A DNA stretch of 32,000 bases, taken from NCBI RefSeq assembly GCF_000015145.1, contig NC_008818.1:720001-752000 (forward strand). Reading direction: 5' to 3'. A program made the position numbers and the translations under genes. Positions within the stretch are counted from its first letter, which is position 1, and every line of letters starts with the position of its first letter. This stretch comes from Hyperthermus butylicus DSM 5456. GTDB lineage: Archaea; Thermoproteota; Thermoprotei_A; Sulfolobales; Pyrodictiaceae. The notes below the pieces were generated by a model. The model was given only the letters and a program-made list of their open reading frames with translations. It did no database searches and was not told the origin of the DNA. Below are positions 1-9,454 of the stretch, piece after piece.

Positions 1-728
1 TCAAGCACTACTAGGACCTGGGGCTTCCGCACCATGCTGTGCAGCGGCACCGGCCCTGGAGCTATCCTGGCAAATGCTAGTACGTGGGCTCCACGCCTCT
101 CAGCACCAAAGCTGGGTATCGCTTGGCCCCACTTACCCTCAACAAGAGCTGCCTGAACCAGCAGTGTTGCAGCGGTAACAGCGCCCTGCCCGCCACGCCC
201 ATGGAACCGCAGCTCCAAGGTTTCCCTCAGAACCGGGATGTAGGAGGCACCCTCTGCGCGTTGCAACCTGGACACGCTCTCCCAAGAAGATATTCCATTC
301 ATGATGGAACATTTTATACATAGCTAAATGCATAACAGAACTGTTACCAGGGTGGCCCGTCAGTACCACGACTAGCCATCTTGCAACTCCTCCCGCTGTA
401 TGCCATAGGCCCTCTACAGACCACAGCGCCCGGCTAGCAGCTTGCAAATACGAGCTGAGACTTCACGCCATACTGTGGCATGCGAGCCCCAGCCGAGGCA
501 GCAGCGTGAAAGCCAACGCCACACATCCCATACGCAAACAGCAGCATCCAGCAGCTATGCCAGCTGCGAGGAAGCTACACCCTCACCAACCATAACTATC
601 CAGAATCCCAGCTAGATAACAGGCGACTATGGGCGAAAGCCGTGGCCGCGCAGAGCAGTATAGCCGAAGAACCTGCTAGCCCCTACAAGCTACCACGTTG
701 ACAGTGCATGTGTGCTCGTCAAGATATA

Positions 729-1420
729 CTACGTAGTCGACGCTCCTGCACGCCTTGTCGGTATGGCTTGGCACGAATCTTGCCCTTTACCGGCAGCCCT
801 TAACACGCCAACAAGGGCTTCCATGTGTACAGAGTATGTAAGCAGGGGCTTCCCTTCACACCTGGCCAGCTCAAGCCTACATCCATTGTCTTCGCAGCGT
901 AGATTCTTGAAGATCTGGAATGGGTGACGCTGCACACCATCAGGGCTGAGTAGGAAAACCCCGAGCAGCTCCTCGAGAGACAGCTCCTCCGGCTTAAACC
1001 CGGCCATAGCGCCGAACGTTCTAAAGCCCCGCTCCGCCCCCGCCTCAGCTATCATGGCCGCCAGCAGCGCAGCCCGCCTCTAACCTACAATTCTCGCAAG
1101 ACTCTCAGGCAAATCACGTGTTAGAATGGAAATAGCCATCTCTATCAATCCACGGGAAACAGCCTCCACATTATCTATAAACTGCGCCATAAACGACGCC
1201 TCCCCTGGCTGGAGAGTAACACAGAGGAGGGCTGCAAGTAAGCCACTACATATGCCCACCTGTATATTCCCACTTACATGTTTTGCATAGTGTATGGAAA
1301 CTATTGCCAAACCCATCCCAGGGAGAAATTGAGCAAGAAGAAGGCTGCCCCGTCACACAGCTCTGCCCCAACCCCATTTATCATAACCGTGTAGCACATA
1401 CTCCGACATCCATACGTGGC
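729..1420 (-). pseudogene. Interrupted ORF chain (uncharacterised protein): about 45 codons, in-frame TGA, about 90 codons, in-frame TAG at 1080-1082, about 117 codons
   Basis: ORFs 1080..1316(-) and 729..1055(-) share a frame. Reading through gives ...ILTRDLPESLARIVG*RRAALLAAMIAEAGAERGFRTFGAMAGFKPEELSLEELLGVFLLSPDG. Upstream in the same frame is ...ATIGFRVIVRLGKPMEVEYYRHVWMSEYVLHGYDKWGWGRAV*. Upstream boundary is approximate. Confidence 0.4.
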
Positions 1421-1584
1421 GGTAGTATTCGACCTCCATAGGCTTGCCCAGCCTCACTATCACCCTAAACCCTATCGTGGCGCCGCCAGGCGCTCCCCTC
1501 GCCCCGGGCCGTGTCGGGTATCCATGCTGTTAAGGCTCCAGTCCTCCAGGGGGCGTAGCGCCTGGGCGAGCTGTTAGCCCCTGC

Positions 1585-2385
1585 CTAGGATTGCTTGGCA
1601 AGCTCCACGAGTAGTTTGAGCATTCTTCTAGCATTTTCGAGCATGTCGTGGTCGTTGTTGAAGAATACGTAGATCCTCCTGGGGTTCAGGGCTAGTACGC
1701 GCTTGGCATCCTCGAGCAGCTCCTCGTCCGTGTAGTTGTGAGCGTACCACAATACTCTACCGTGCATCCGGAGGTAGACAGTATCGTTACTCGCCGCTAT
1801 GTAGACGCCTATGGGGGAGTCCACCGAGACAAAGGTGGCGCCTATCCTCCGGCAAACCTCTACGCCTAGACCGTTCTCAAACCAGCTCTCGTGCCGAAAC
1901 TCTACGGCCATCCTCTCCCCGAGCCCGGCCTCGGCTGCGAACCGCTCAAGCCTCTCAATGTTCTCGCTGGTGGCCCGGTAGCTCGGGGGGAGCTGGAACA
2001 GGTAGAAGTCCACGAGGCTGTCGAGGGGCTTGAAGAGCTTGTGGAACCTCTCCCAGACACCCAGCGCGTTCGGGTTCAACCGGTGCACATGGGTTATTCT
2101 CCGGTGGACCTTGACGGCCCAGCGTAGCTCCCGGCCCCGCCGGGCCCATGAAGCAACCTGGCTCGGGAAGGGGAACCTGTAGAACGACGCGTTAAGCTCC
2201 ACCGCGTTAAGCCCACTATGCCGCACATACCAGTCCAGCGAGCCCTCCAGGTTCCAGTCGTAGAGCCACCCCGACGTACCAACATAGATGCCGATCTGCG
2301 GCAAGTACGAACCCTGGAGAGGTGTAGAGTGCTTGCCAGCGTAGAGTGTGTTCCGGTAATCGTTAACACAACGGTTAGCTAGCAA
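1585..2385 (-). CDS. DUF72 (YecE-like) family protein
   Basis: 266 aa with IYVGTSGWLYDWN, ELNASFYRFP, WAVKVHRRITH, LVDFYLFQLPPSY, MAVEFRHESWF, VYLRMHGR and VYVFFNN-type motifs of the DUF72 family. Confidence 0.92.
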   Translation of the reverse strand: MLANRCVNDYRNTLYAGKHSTPLQGSYLPQIGIYVGTSGWLYDWNLEGSLDWYVRHSGLNAVELNASFYRFPFPSQVASWARRGRELRWAVKVHRRITHVHRLNPNALGVWERFHKLFKPLDSLVDFYLFQLPPSYRATSENIERLERFAAEAGLGERMAVEFRHESWFENGLGVEVCRRIGATFVSVDSPIGVYIAASNDTVYLRMHGRVLWYAHNYTDEELLEDAKRVLALNPRRIYVFFNNDHDMLENARRMLKLLVELAKQS

Positions 2386-2830
2386 CTCTCGTGCCGCGGT
2401 CGCGCATGTGCCGGACAGTCCATGCGCCTAGTTACCCACGGGAGCGTAGTGGCTGTGCCACTGTCTAGCAGCTCCCAGGCGTTGACATAGTAGGCTTGCT
2501 TCTCAGGACAGATAATACTAGCATAAAAGTTAGTAAAGTTAGGTTAGTGATAGTGGCACATACGTGGCGTGGCTTCCTGGCCGGATGCCCCCTCTGGGAG
2601 GGGTATGGCGCGTCGTTTGGTGTTAGGTTACCGCCTAGCACTGTAAGGCCCCTTACACAGCTTCCTGAACATGGCGATATAGCTGCCCACTACGTGGTGG
2701 TGAATGGTGAGCTGATTACTCTTCACCTGAGCATTCTTGGGTATTAATGTATTGCCTGGACGTTCAATGCTAGCCCGGCATGAAGCCGTCAACACCCGTG
2801 ACAGACATGATTGAATGGTTTAATATATCT

Positions 2831-3307
2831 CTAACCTTTTAAGAACTGGCTTTCTATCAGTATCGTGTTTGTCGGGTAGCCATGCTTCTCGAGGAATTCT
2901 AGGAGCTTGACGTCCCGGGTTAGCAGGTGGAGGCCCTTGGTGAAGGCTGTAGCGTAGATTAGCGCGTCTATAAGGTCTCGGAGGCCATCCCTGCGGAGCC
3001 TTGCAGCGAGGAGCCACGCCCTAATATCCGGGTCGGCCCTGGCATAGCCTGCTGCTATCGCTGTAATCCCCTGCTCTACCACGTGCTCGGGCACACCTAG
3101 CTTCACAGCCTTGGCTAGTGCTTCCAGCAGCGAGAAGTCTGAGTAGTAGAGCTCCACACGCCCCCGGCTCCGGAGCAGCTTTAGCCTCTCGAGTACCGGT
3201 TTTACACCTTCCACATCGACGCCGAGGGTTGGCAGTATGTAGCTAGTGTCGAGGAGTACGCGTTGCACTACCCCTCCAGCTGTTCTTGCTGCCATTTCTC
3301 GCTCCAC
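2831..3307 (-). CDS. PIN-domain ribonuclease toxin (VapC-like)
   Basis: RVLLDTSYILPTLGVDVE N-terminal PIN motif, internal acidic residues (YYSDFSLLEALAKA), DLIDALIYATAFTKGLHLLTRDVKLLEFLEKHGY C-terminal half. Adjacent upstream AbrB gene. The true start may be internal, near RVLLDTS. Confidence 0.88.
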   Translation of the reverse strand: MEREMAARTAGGVVQRVLLDTSYILPTLGVDVEGVKPVLERLKLLRSRGRVELYYSDFSLLEALAKAVKLGVPEHVVEQGITAIAAGYARADPDIRAWLLAARLRRDGLRDLIDALIYATAFTKGLHLLTRDVKLLEFLEKHGYPTNTILIESQFLKG

Positions 3308-3576
3308 TCCTCAAACTCTTCAAAAGCTACGCGAGCATACTTTGGACCCTTCAGCGCCAGCTCCAGCGGATCGTACACTGGCGTCAACACTATACGGCTG
3401 CCCTCGAGATGGAGGAGCAGCTCGCAGCCCTCGCGGAGGCCGAGGCGCCTCAGCACATCCCGGGGCAAGTATACCGCGCCCTTGCTTGATAGCTTCACCC
3501 GGAAAACTATACTGCTACCTTCCAACCCTATGATCCACCCGGGGAAGATTAGTATCGTCCAGGCTTCATATACCAT
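3268..3576 (-). CDS. AbrB/SpoVT-type antitoxin (VapB-like)
   Basis: FRVKLSSKGAVYLPRDVLRRLGLREGCELLLHLEGSRIVLTPV swapped-hairpin AbrB motif. The 3' end overlaps the PIN ORF start. Confidence 0.85.
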   Translation of the reverse strand: MVYEAWTILIFPGWIIGLEGSSIVFRVKLSSKGAVYLPRDVLRRLGLREGCELLLHLEGSRIVLTPVYDPLELALKGPKYARVAFEEFEEWSEKWQQEQLEG

Positions 3577-3848
3577 TCTCCCGGTGCGACACTAGTCGGG
3601 CCCGGAGAGAGGAAAGCCCTCGGGGTAAGCCTTGCCAGGCCACGGGGTAGCGGTTCACCGCTACCACTGCTTAAATGCAAGGCATCAAATAATAGTCAAT
3701 GATACCTAACGTAGTCACTGAGCATAAGCCTTTCTCGCGTCGGCCGAATACTGGGATTAGCTCAGCAGCATCAGATACAAGAGTGCTACGAGGATAGGCA
3801 CCCATAGCTTTGCCCAATACACTTACCTGTGAATACATGTGTACTGTG

Positions 3849-4361
3849 CTAGCATGGTCCAAGCCAGGGTACAAGCTGCGAGTAGAGGCTGCTTTTCCTC
3901 TCCCACTCCTCTAGGAAGTCGCGGCTGACACGCGGCCGTTTAACAATGTCATAGTAGTCGTAGGGCTTTATGTCGAGAACTGGGGTTCCCGTCCACGCGT
4001 CGATACCTCTAACCCTTAGCCTTGGGCCTCTGAGCTCGACAAGCTCTACGACAGACACAGCTATGGGGTTTGGTCTTGGGGGATATCTGGTAGCAAAGAT
4101 GCCCAGCTCTCTTCCAGTAACGCGGTGTTTGAGTTTTAGCCTAGCCTCTTTCGCCTCGTGGAACACGTAGACGATTATTAGGTGCGAGTATTCCTCTAGT
4201 CCCTTCAGCCCCTCAACGTACTCGTCGAACACTCTAATGGTGCCTATAACCTCGTACTTACTCTTGAGGCGTTTTCTCTCTGGTTCTTCGGGCTTCGGAA
4301 GACCCTCTTCAACTATGCCTATGGGTCTAAAGCAGTACAATTCGTTGTTCTGGCATGCCAT
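3849..4361 (-). CDS. TsaA/TrmO-like tRNA (N6-threonylcarbamoyladenosine37-N6) methyltransferase family protein
   Basis: 170 aa with RPIGIV, GTIRVFDEYVEGLKGLEEYSHLIIVYVFHEA, FATRYPPRPNPIAVSVVELVE, VRGIDAWTGTPVLDIKPYDYYD. Confidence 0.9.
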   Translation of the reverse strand: MACQNNELYCFRPIGIVEEGLPKPEEPERKRLKSKYEVIGTIRVFDEYVEGLKGLEEYSHLIIVYVFHEAKEARLKLKHRVTGRELGIFATRYPPRPNPIAVSVVELVELRGPRLRVRGIDAWTGTPVLDIKPYDYYDIVKRPRVSRDFLEEWERKSSLYSQLVPWLGPC

Positions 4362-4647
4362 ACTGTGGAACCCGTTCAGCCAACTACAGCGGTGATGGTA
4401 TTATTGTTACTGTAGAGGGTTTGCGTTGAGTAGGGTCCATGTCGCATATGGCTGGAGTTCAAATTCTAGTTTGCTGTGGCGGGCTAGCGGTTATGCCATG
4501 TGTGTTAATATGATGGCTTTCAGCTATATCGTCCATGATATTCCCAACACAAGCTCTCAGGAGGCGGCATCCCATGGTACCCTATAAGGCTTAACTAATC
4601 CCCCTCTGCTCACAGACGTGGAAAACTGCACGTATGGGTGGTAACTG

Positions 4648-6543
4648 GTGCTAAAGGGTTATGCTGGCCGGGTTGGATTTGTAGACCTATCCGCTGGGAG
4701 AACGTGGATTGAGCCTCTCGATGAGCGTGTGGCAGAGCTGTTCATTGGTGGTAAGGGCTTCCTCTACTACTACGGGTTCCGGCTGATACCACCCTCCGCC
4801 GACCCCTTGGACCCGAACGCTAATGTGCTCGTGGTTGCTCCGGGCGCCCTGGCGGGCCATGCCCCTGCAGCGTCGAAGATAGGGTTCCTGGCTAAGAGCC
4901 CGCTCACTGGCATACTCTGCGACACCTATGCCGGCCAGGTTTTCGCGTCGAAGCTGAAGCTAGCGGGGTTCGACGCCCTCGTAGTGCTTGGAGCTTCGGA
5001 TGAGCCGGTCTACATCTACGTGGAGAACGGGAGGATAGAGATCCGGGAGGCGGGGCACCTCTGGGGGAGCAGCACGTGGGACACGTTCCAGGCTATCCGG
5101 AAGGAGACTAGGAGCGGCGCTAGCGTCGCGGCGATCGGGCCGGCGGGGGAGCGGCTGGTACGCTTCGCCAACATAATGGTGGATGGGTTCCGTGCAGCTG
5201 GACGCTGCGGTCTCGGAGCGGTGATGGGTGCTAAGAAGCTGAAGGCGATAGCTGTCTGGGGCGGCAGGCCGCCCGAAAGGGCCGACCCCAGCGCATGGAG
5301 GGAGACATACATCTCCATCTATAGGAGGGTGCGGGAGGACGAGCCTACGAGGCTATGGGCGAGGTGCGGCACCAACGACGGGGTAATGTCCTGCGCCCGG
5401 CTAAGCATGTGCCCGGGCTGGCACTGGAGGAGGCCCTGGCTCCCCCAGGAAGAGGCCGAGAAGCTATCCTGCAGCGAGGTGCTGAAGAGGGAGGCCCCGA
5501 AGAGTCTCTACCGGGAGCATGCAGGCTACCTGTGGGGCTGGGGCTGCCCTGTCAAGTGCAGCAAGCTCATAGTGGTTGGGAGGAAGGGGCTGGAGCACAT
5601 AGCTGTTAAGCCAGAGTACGAGAACCTCGCTATGCTCGGCCTCGCAGCCGGCATCCTCGACGTGGACAGTGTAGCCTATCTCGAGTGGCTCGTGAACAGC
5701 CTGGGGATGGACAGTATAAGCTTCGGCGAGACCGTTTCCTGGCTGATGGAGCTCTACGAGGACGGGCTCGTGGCCAGGGAGGATCTGGCAGGGCTAGGCA
5801 GGGAGCCGCGCTTCGGCGACCCGGAGGCGGTGGCAGAGCTGGCCAAGCTGATAGCAGAGCGCCGCGGCATAGGCGCAGTGTTAGCGGAGGGCGTCGAGAA
5901 GGCAGCAAGGATACTCGGCAGGGGCGCCGACCGAGCCCTACACGTCAAGGGGCTAGAGCCGGCAGCGTGGGACCCGCGGGGCCGCCGGGGCCTCGTAGTG
6001 AGCTATGCCACGGCAGATGTTGGTGCTAGCCACCTGCGAGGCTGGCCGAGGCCTCACGAGCCTCCGAGCAAGGGCCCTGCGAGGGAGACAGTTGAGAGCA
6101 TGATAAGGGACCGCGACTGGAAAGCACTCCTAGACAGCCTCGGCCTATGCAGCTTCGTCCCATACACCAGGGAGGAGGTGGAGAAGATCTACAGGGCCGT
6201 GACCGGCAGGGATGCAAAGGCTGACGAGCTTGTACTTGTGGGCTGGAGGGCGGAGGCGCTAGCAAGGATACACGCTGCGCTAGCAGGCAGAGTCCCCGAG
6301 GGCGACAGGCCGCCGAAGAGGTGGATGGAGCCCATACCCGAGGGCCCCCTGAAGGGTGTAAAGGCGGCGCTAGACTGGGACGACTTGCGGGAGGCGCTGC
6401 GAGAATTCTACCGACTAAGGGGCTACCACGAGGAGTACGGCGTGCCGCTACCCGAGACCCTCCAGAAGCTCGGCCTGGAATGGGCAATACCCGAAGCCGA
6501 GAAGGCCCTGGAAGAGGCTAAACGCCGCCTCCACCACGGCTGA
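4648..6543 (+). CDS. Aldehyde:ferredoxin oxidoreductase (tungstopterin AOR) family protein
   Basis: 631 aa, GTG start. GKGFLYYYGFRL, GPLTGILCDTYAGQVFASKLKLAGFDALVVLG, AIGPAGERLVRFANIMVDG, GLGAVMGAKKLKAIAVWGG, GWGCPVKCSKL, LGLCSF. Confidence 0.92.
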   Translation: MLKGYAGRVGFVDLSAGRTWIEPLDERVAELFIGGKGFLYYYGFRLIPPSADPLDPNANVLVVAPGALAGHAPAASKIGFLAKSPLTGILCDTYAGQVFASKLKLAGFDALVVLGASDEPVYIYVENGRIEIREAGHLWGSSTWDTFQAIRKETRSGASVAAIGPAGERLVRFANIMVDGFRAAGRCGLGAVMGAKKLKAIAVWGGRPPERADPSAWRETYISIYRRVREDEPTRLWARCGTNDGVMSCARLSMCPGWHWRRPWLPQEEAEKLSCSEVLKREAPKSLYREHAGYLWGWGCPVKCSKLIVVGRKGLEHIAVKPEYENLAMLGLAAGILDVDSVAYLEWLVNSLGMDSISFGETVSWLMELYEDGLVAREDLAGLGREPRFGDPEAVAELAKLIAERRGIGAVLAEGVEKAARILGRGADRALHVKGLEPAAWDPRGRRGLVVSYATADVGASHLRGWPRPHEPPSKGPARETVESMIRDRDWKALLDSLGLCSFVPYTREEVEKIYRAVTGRDAKADELVLVGWRAEALARIHAALAGRVPEGDRPPKRWMEPIPEGPLKGVKAALDWDDLREALREFYRLRGYHEEYGVPLPETLQKLGLEWAIPEAEKALEEAKRRLHHG

Positions 6544-6715
6544 AAAGGGATGGCCCACGAGGTGGCCGTCCTTACCCGCTTTTTTCCACTTTCACGCCTT
6601 GCTCATCGGGGAGCTAGCAGAGCTAATCCGCATACCACAGCGGGGAGCCATGGCCACAGCTTGGCTGGGCGCGGGCCAGGGCGGGGCTTAGGCTGGGGCT
6701 AGCTTTGCACGCTCC

Positions 6716-7241
6716 ATGAGCACCATCCTATACGTCCTTTACCCTTCCGGAGAGAATAGGTGGGCCACGGGTGGGGCTGGAGACGCCTTGGACCCGTTCA
6801 CTGCGGGCGTCCTACTAGTCATAGCTGGTATAGTGTTGATACTCGTGGAGATAACTGTGCCAGGCTTCATGCTCGCGGTACCCGGCACGCTAGCGATAAT
6901 CTATGGAGTCATGCTCATAGTGTTCCCAGGCCTCGCGAGCGTATGGTAGGGCCCCTGGCTAATGGCTGTTCTCACCCTGCCACTATCAGCTGTAACAGTG
7001 GCCCTCTACCGCCGGCTAACACATCAGGCAAGGTTGAAACCACGAGCTACGAGGGGCTCATAGGTAAACCGGTATAGTCATCCGGGAGGTTAGGCCAGAC
7101 AACATCAAGGGCCTTGTCCGCATAGGCAGCGATGTCTGGTCAGCAACAACCAGGGGCAAGCCCATACCACGCGGCACTAAGGTACGCGTAGTAGGCGTAG
7201 AAGGTGTCCACCTGATAGTCGAGCCCGTAGAGGAGGCTTGA
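6716..7241 (+). pseudogene. Short-type NfeD-like membrane protein, interrupted (in-frame TAG at 6947-6949, frameshifts near 7037-7042 and 7068-7071)
   Basis: Fragments in three frames join into one NfeD-like protein: VLLVIAGIVLILVEITVPGFMLAVPGTLAIIYGVMLIVFPGLASVW * GPWLMAVLTLPLSAVTVALYRRLTHQARLK / TTSYEGLIGK / GIVIREVRPDNIKGLVRIGSDVWSATTRGKPIPRGTKVRVVGVEGVHLIVEPVEEA*. Followed by an SPFH gene, the classical nfeD-stomatin arrangement. Confidence 0.78.
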
Positions 7242-7343
7242 AACGGCTAGGGGAAGGAAAGGGCGTTTTAAGGCTTGAGCAAGCCGAAAACGTAACGGGT
7301 GCAGAACTTCCTCCCCCTACTGTTTGGGAGGGCGTGACAAACA

Positions 7344-8361
7344 TTGAACGGTGTAGCTGCTCTCCTAGCTCTAGTCCTTGGAGCCCTTGTATCAGCGCTT
7401 GTCGCTCTAGGCATCCGGGTCATTAGGCCCTGGGAGGTTGACATCTACATTCGGCTCGGCAAGTTCATGGGCATACTGCGGCCTGGTCTCCACTGGGTCC
7501 CTCCGTTTATAAGCAATGTATACCGCATAGACCTCCGCACACAAGTAGTCGACGTGCCGAAGCAGGAGGTTATAACGAGGGACAACTCTCCAGTCGTAGT
7601 ATGACGCTGTTATATACTACCGCGTCATAGACCCGAAGAAGGCCTTCTTCGAGATCGAAGACTACCGGACCGCAGTTGTCGCGCCGGCGCAGACAACGCT
7701 GCGAAGCGTAATAGGCGACATGGAGCTAGACGAGATACCCTACAACCGCGCTGCAATAAACGCTAAGCTCCGCAGCATACTCGACGAGGCCACGGATAAG
7801 TGGGGCGTCCGGGCCGAGAGCATCGAGATAAGAGAGGTTGAGCCAAGCCCCACGGTTAAGAAGGCTATGGAGGAGCAGACGGCAGCGGAGAGGGAGAGAA
7901 GGGCAGCAATACTCAGCGCTGAGGGCGAGAGGATGGCCATGATACTCCGAGCGCTAGGCGAAGCCCAGAGGCTGAGGATACTAGCAGCTGGAGCATCAGC
8001 ACTACACCCAGCCGCAGTAACGGTCCTCGGCCTAGAGACGCTAGCCAAGCTAGCAGACACACCATCAACAAAGCTGGTCCTACCATACGAGCTAACCCGC
8101 CTAGCTGAGGCAGTAGCAGCACACCTGGGTGCTGCAGCAGCCCAGCCACCATAGCTCGTCGAGCTCGAGAAGCTGGAGGAGATAAACAAGAAGCTCGAAG
8201 AGCTACTAGGCAAGCTCCCAAGCATAGAGGAGGTAACAAAGGGGATCCAGCAGCTCCGCGAAGAGGCGAAGAAGGTAGAAAGCCTACGCAATGTGCTAGC
8301 AGGAGAGGAGGTACGCCAGCTCATAATGCGTAAGCCTGAGGAGGAGAAGCAAGGCGGCTAA
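7344..8361 (+). pseudogene. Stomatin/prohibitin-like SPFH protein, interrupted (1-nt frameshift near 7602, in-frame TAG at 8152-8154)
   Basis: TTG start. VDIYIRLGKFMGILRPGLHWVPPFISNVYRIDLRTQVVDVPKQEVITRDNSPVVV stops at 7604. Skipping one base continues as DAVIYYRVIDPKKAFFEIEDYRTAVVAPAQTTLRSVIGDMELDEIPYNRAAINAKLRSILDEATDKWGVRAESIEIREV. After TAG 8152 the same frame stays open for 68 codons: LVELEKLEEINKKLEELLGKLPSIEEVTKGIQQLREEAKKVESLRNVLAGEEVRQLIMRKPEEEKQGG*. Confidence 0.85.
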
Positions 8362-8553
8362 ACAAGAGGAGACATTCGGCGCAGAAGAGGCCATAGCAGA
8401 AGCCGGGGGAGGCTACACCACGCAGCCCCATCGGGCAGCCATGCGGCTGTGAGGAGGCTTGGAAGGGGCGAGCCTCCCTGGAGAGGCTGTGAGCGCAAGC
8501 GGGGAGCCGAGCCCCCACTGCACCCCACACTTTTACCCCCAGCCATTCCATAG

Positions 8554-9417
8554 ATGGGCCACGGTGAGCCCCTGGTATTGGCTTCCAGCGGTATCGCGCA
8601 GGGCTACCTGGCGAACATCCGTAGCCTCGTTGAGAGGGCCAGGGAGACAGACTACGTTATGCCCATCTGGCTCCCATACCTGCCACTACTGATAGTGCTT
8701 GCATCAATGTTCGGCATATTCATCGTTCTTGCTGCTTCGGAGGCTAAGCCGGTGTGGGAGATAAGGCATGGCGAGCCCGGTTTTGCGGTAGGCGAGTACA
8801 GCAGAGACAATGTCGAGTTCGCGCTCGATATCGGGGCCATATTCTTGTTCCTAGCCATGCTTATCGCTGGGCTAATAGTGCAAGCCTACGTCGTCTACAA
8901 ATGGATTGACCGGAGGAACAAGCATTTCGCTAGGACGCACGCCCTCTACGAGAACATTGTCGAGTACCTGGAGGCACTGGGTATCCAGGAGCCCGAGATA
9001 GCCCAGATGAGGAGCATCGTGCAGGAGATGAGGTACCGCGAGCCGCACCGCAGCCCAGTGCTCTGGTTGATACTCATCATAATCCCGGTAACAATTGTCA
9101 GCCTGATAGCCCAGCTCTACGTCTACCACTTCCTCACAAGAGACTACTACGAGCACGAGGTCCGGGAGCAGATGTTCTACCGGCAGCTCTCGGAGCTGCT
9201 TAAGCGCCACGGGGTATACCTTGAACCGCCGGAGCAGACCGTGCCAGACCGCAACACGGTCCTATACATTATACTGTCGATAGTCACGCTGGGCCTATTC
9301 TTCCTCTACTGGGTCTATGTGATGACGGAGGATCCCAACCGGCACTTCACAGCCCACAGCGGCGTAGAGCAGAACCTCATCCGCGCCCTCGAATCGCTAG
9401 CAGCACCAACAGCCTAA
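8554..9417 (+). CDS. Uncharacterised multi-pass membrane protein
   Basis: 287 aa with about four hydrophobic helices (LPLLIVLASMFGIFIVLAA, IGAIFLFLAMLIAGLIVQAYVV, LWLILIIIPVTIVSLIAQLYVY, VLYIILSIVTLGLFFLYWVYVM). The last helix loosely resembles DUF4234-type segments. Confidence 0.7.
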   Translation: MGHGEPLVLASSGIAQGYLANIRSLVERARETDYVMPIWLPYLPLLIVLASMFGIFIVLAASEAKPVWEIRHGEPGFAVGEYSRDNVEFALDIGAIFLFLAMLIAGLIVQAYVVYKWIDRRNKHFARTHALYENIVEYLEALGIQEPEIAQMRSIVQEMRYREPHRSPVLWLILIIIPVTIVSLIAQLYVYHFLTRDYYEHEVREQMFYRQLSELLKRHGVYLEPPEQTVPDRNTVLYIILSIVTLGLFFLYWVYVMTEDPNRHFTAHSGVEQNLIRALESLAAPTA

Positions 9418-9454
9418 ACCCGCATGTAGGGCCCTACGGCGCTGTTTTACCCTC

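Noticed and set aside
6026-6487. 153-aa minus-strand ORF within the AOR gene
   Set aside because: Low-complexity Pro/Ser/Arg antisense frame of a conserved gene.
6947-8154. Genome-wide TAG recoding (for example pyrrolysine) as the explanation for in-frame TAGs
   Set aside because: TAG terminates several clearly complete genes here (DUF72, hypF, hypC), and the TAG-bearing nfeD/SPFH genes also carry frameshifts that recoding would not explain. Not excluded for single loci.
7740-8324. 194-aa minus-strand ORF opposite the SPFH gene
   Set aside because: Ser/Pro/Arg-rich low-complexity translation, typical shadow ORF in GC-rich DNA. The plus-strand SPFH similarity is clear.
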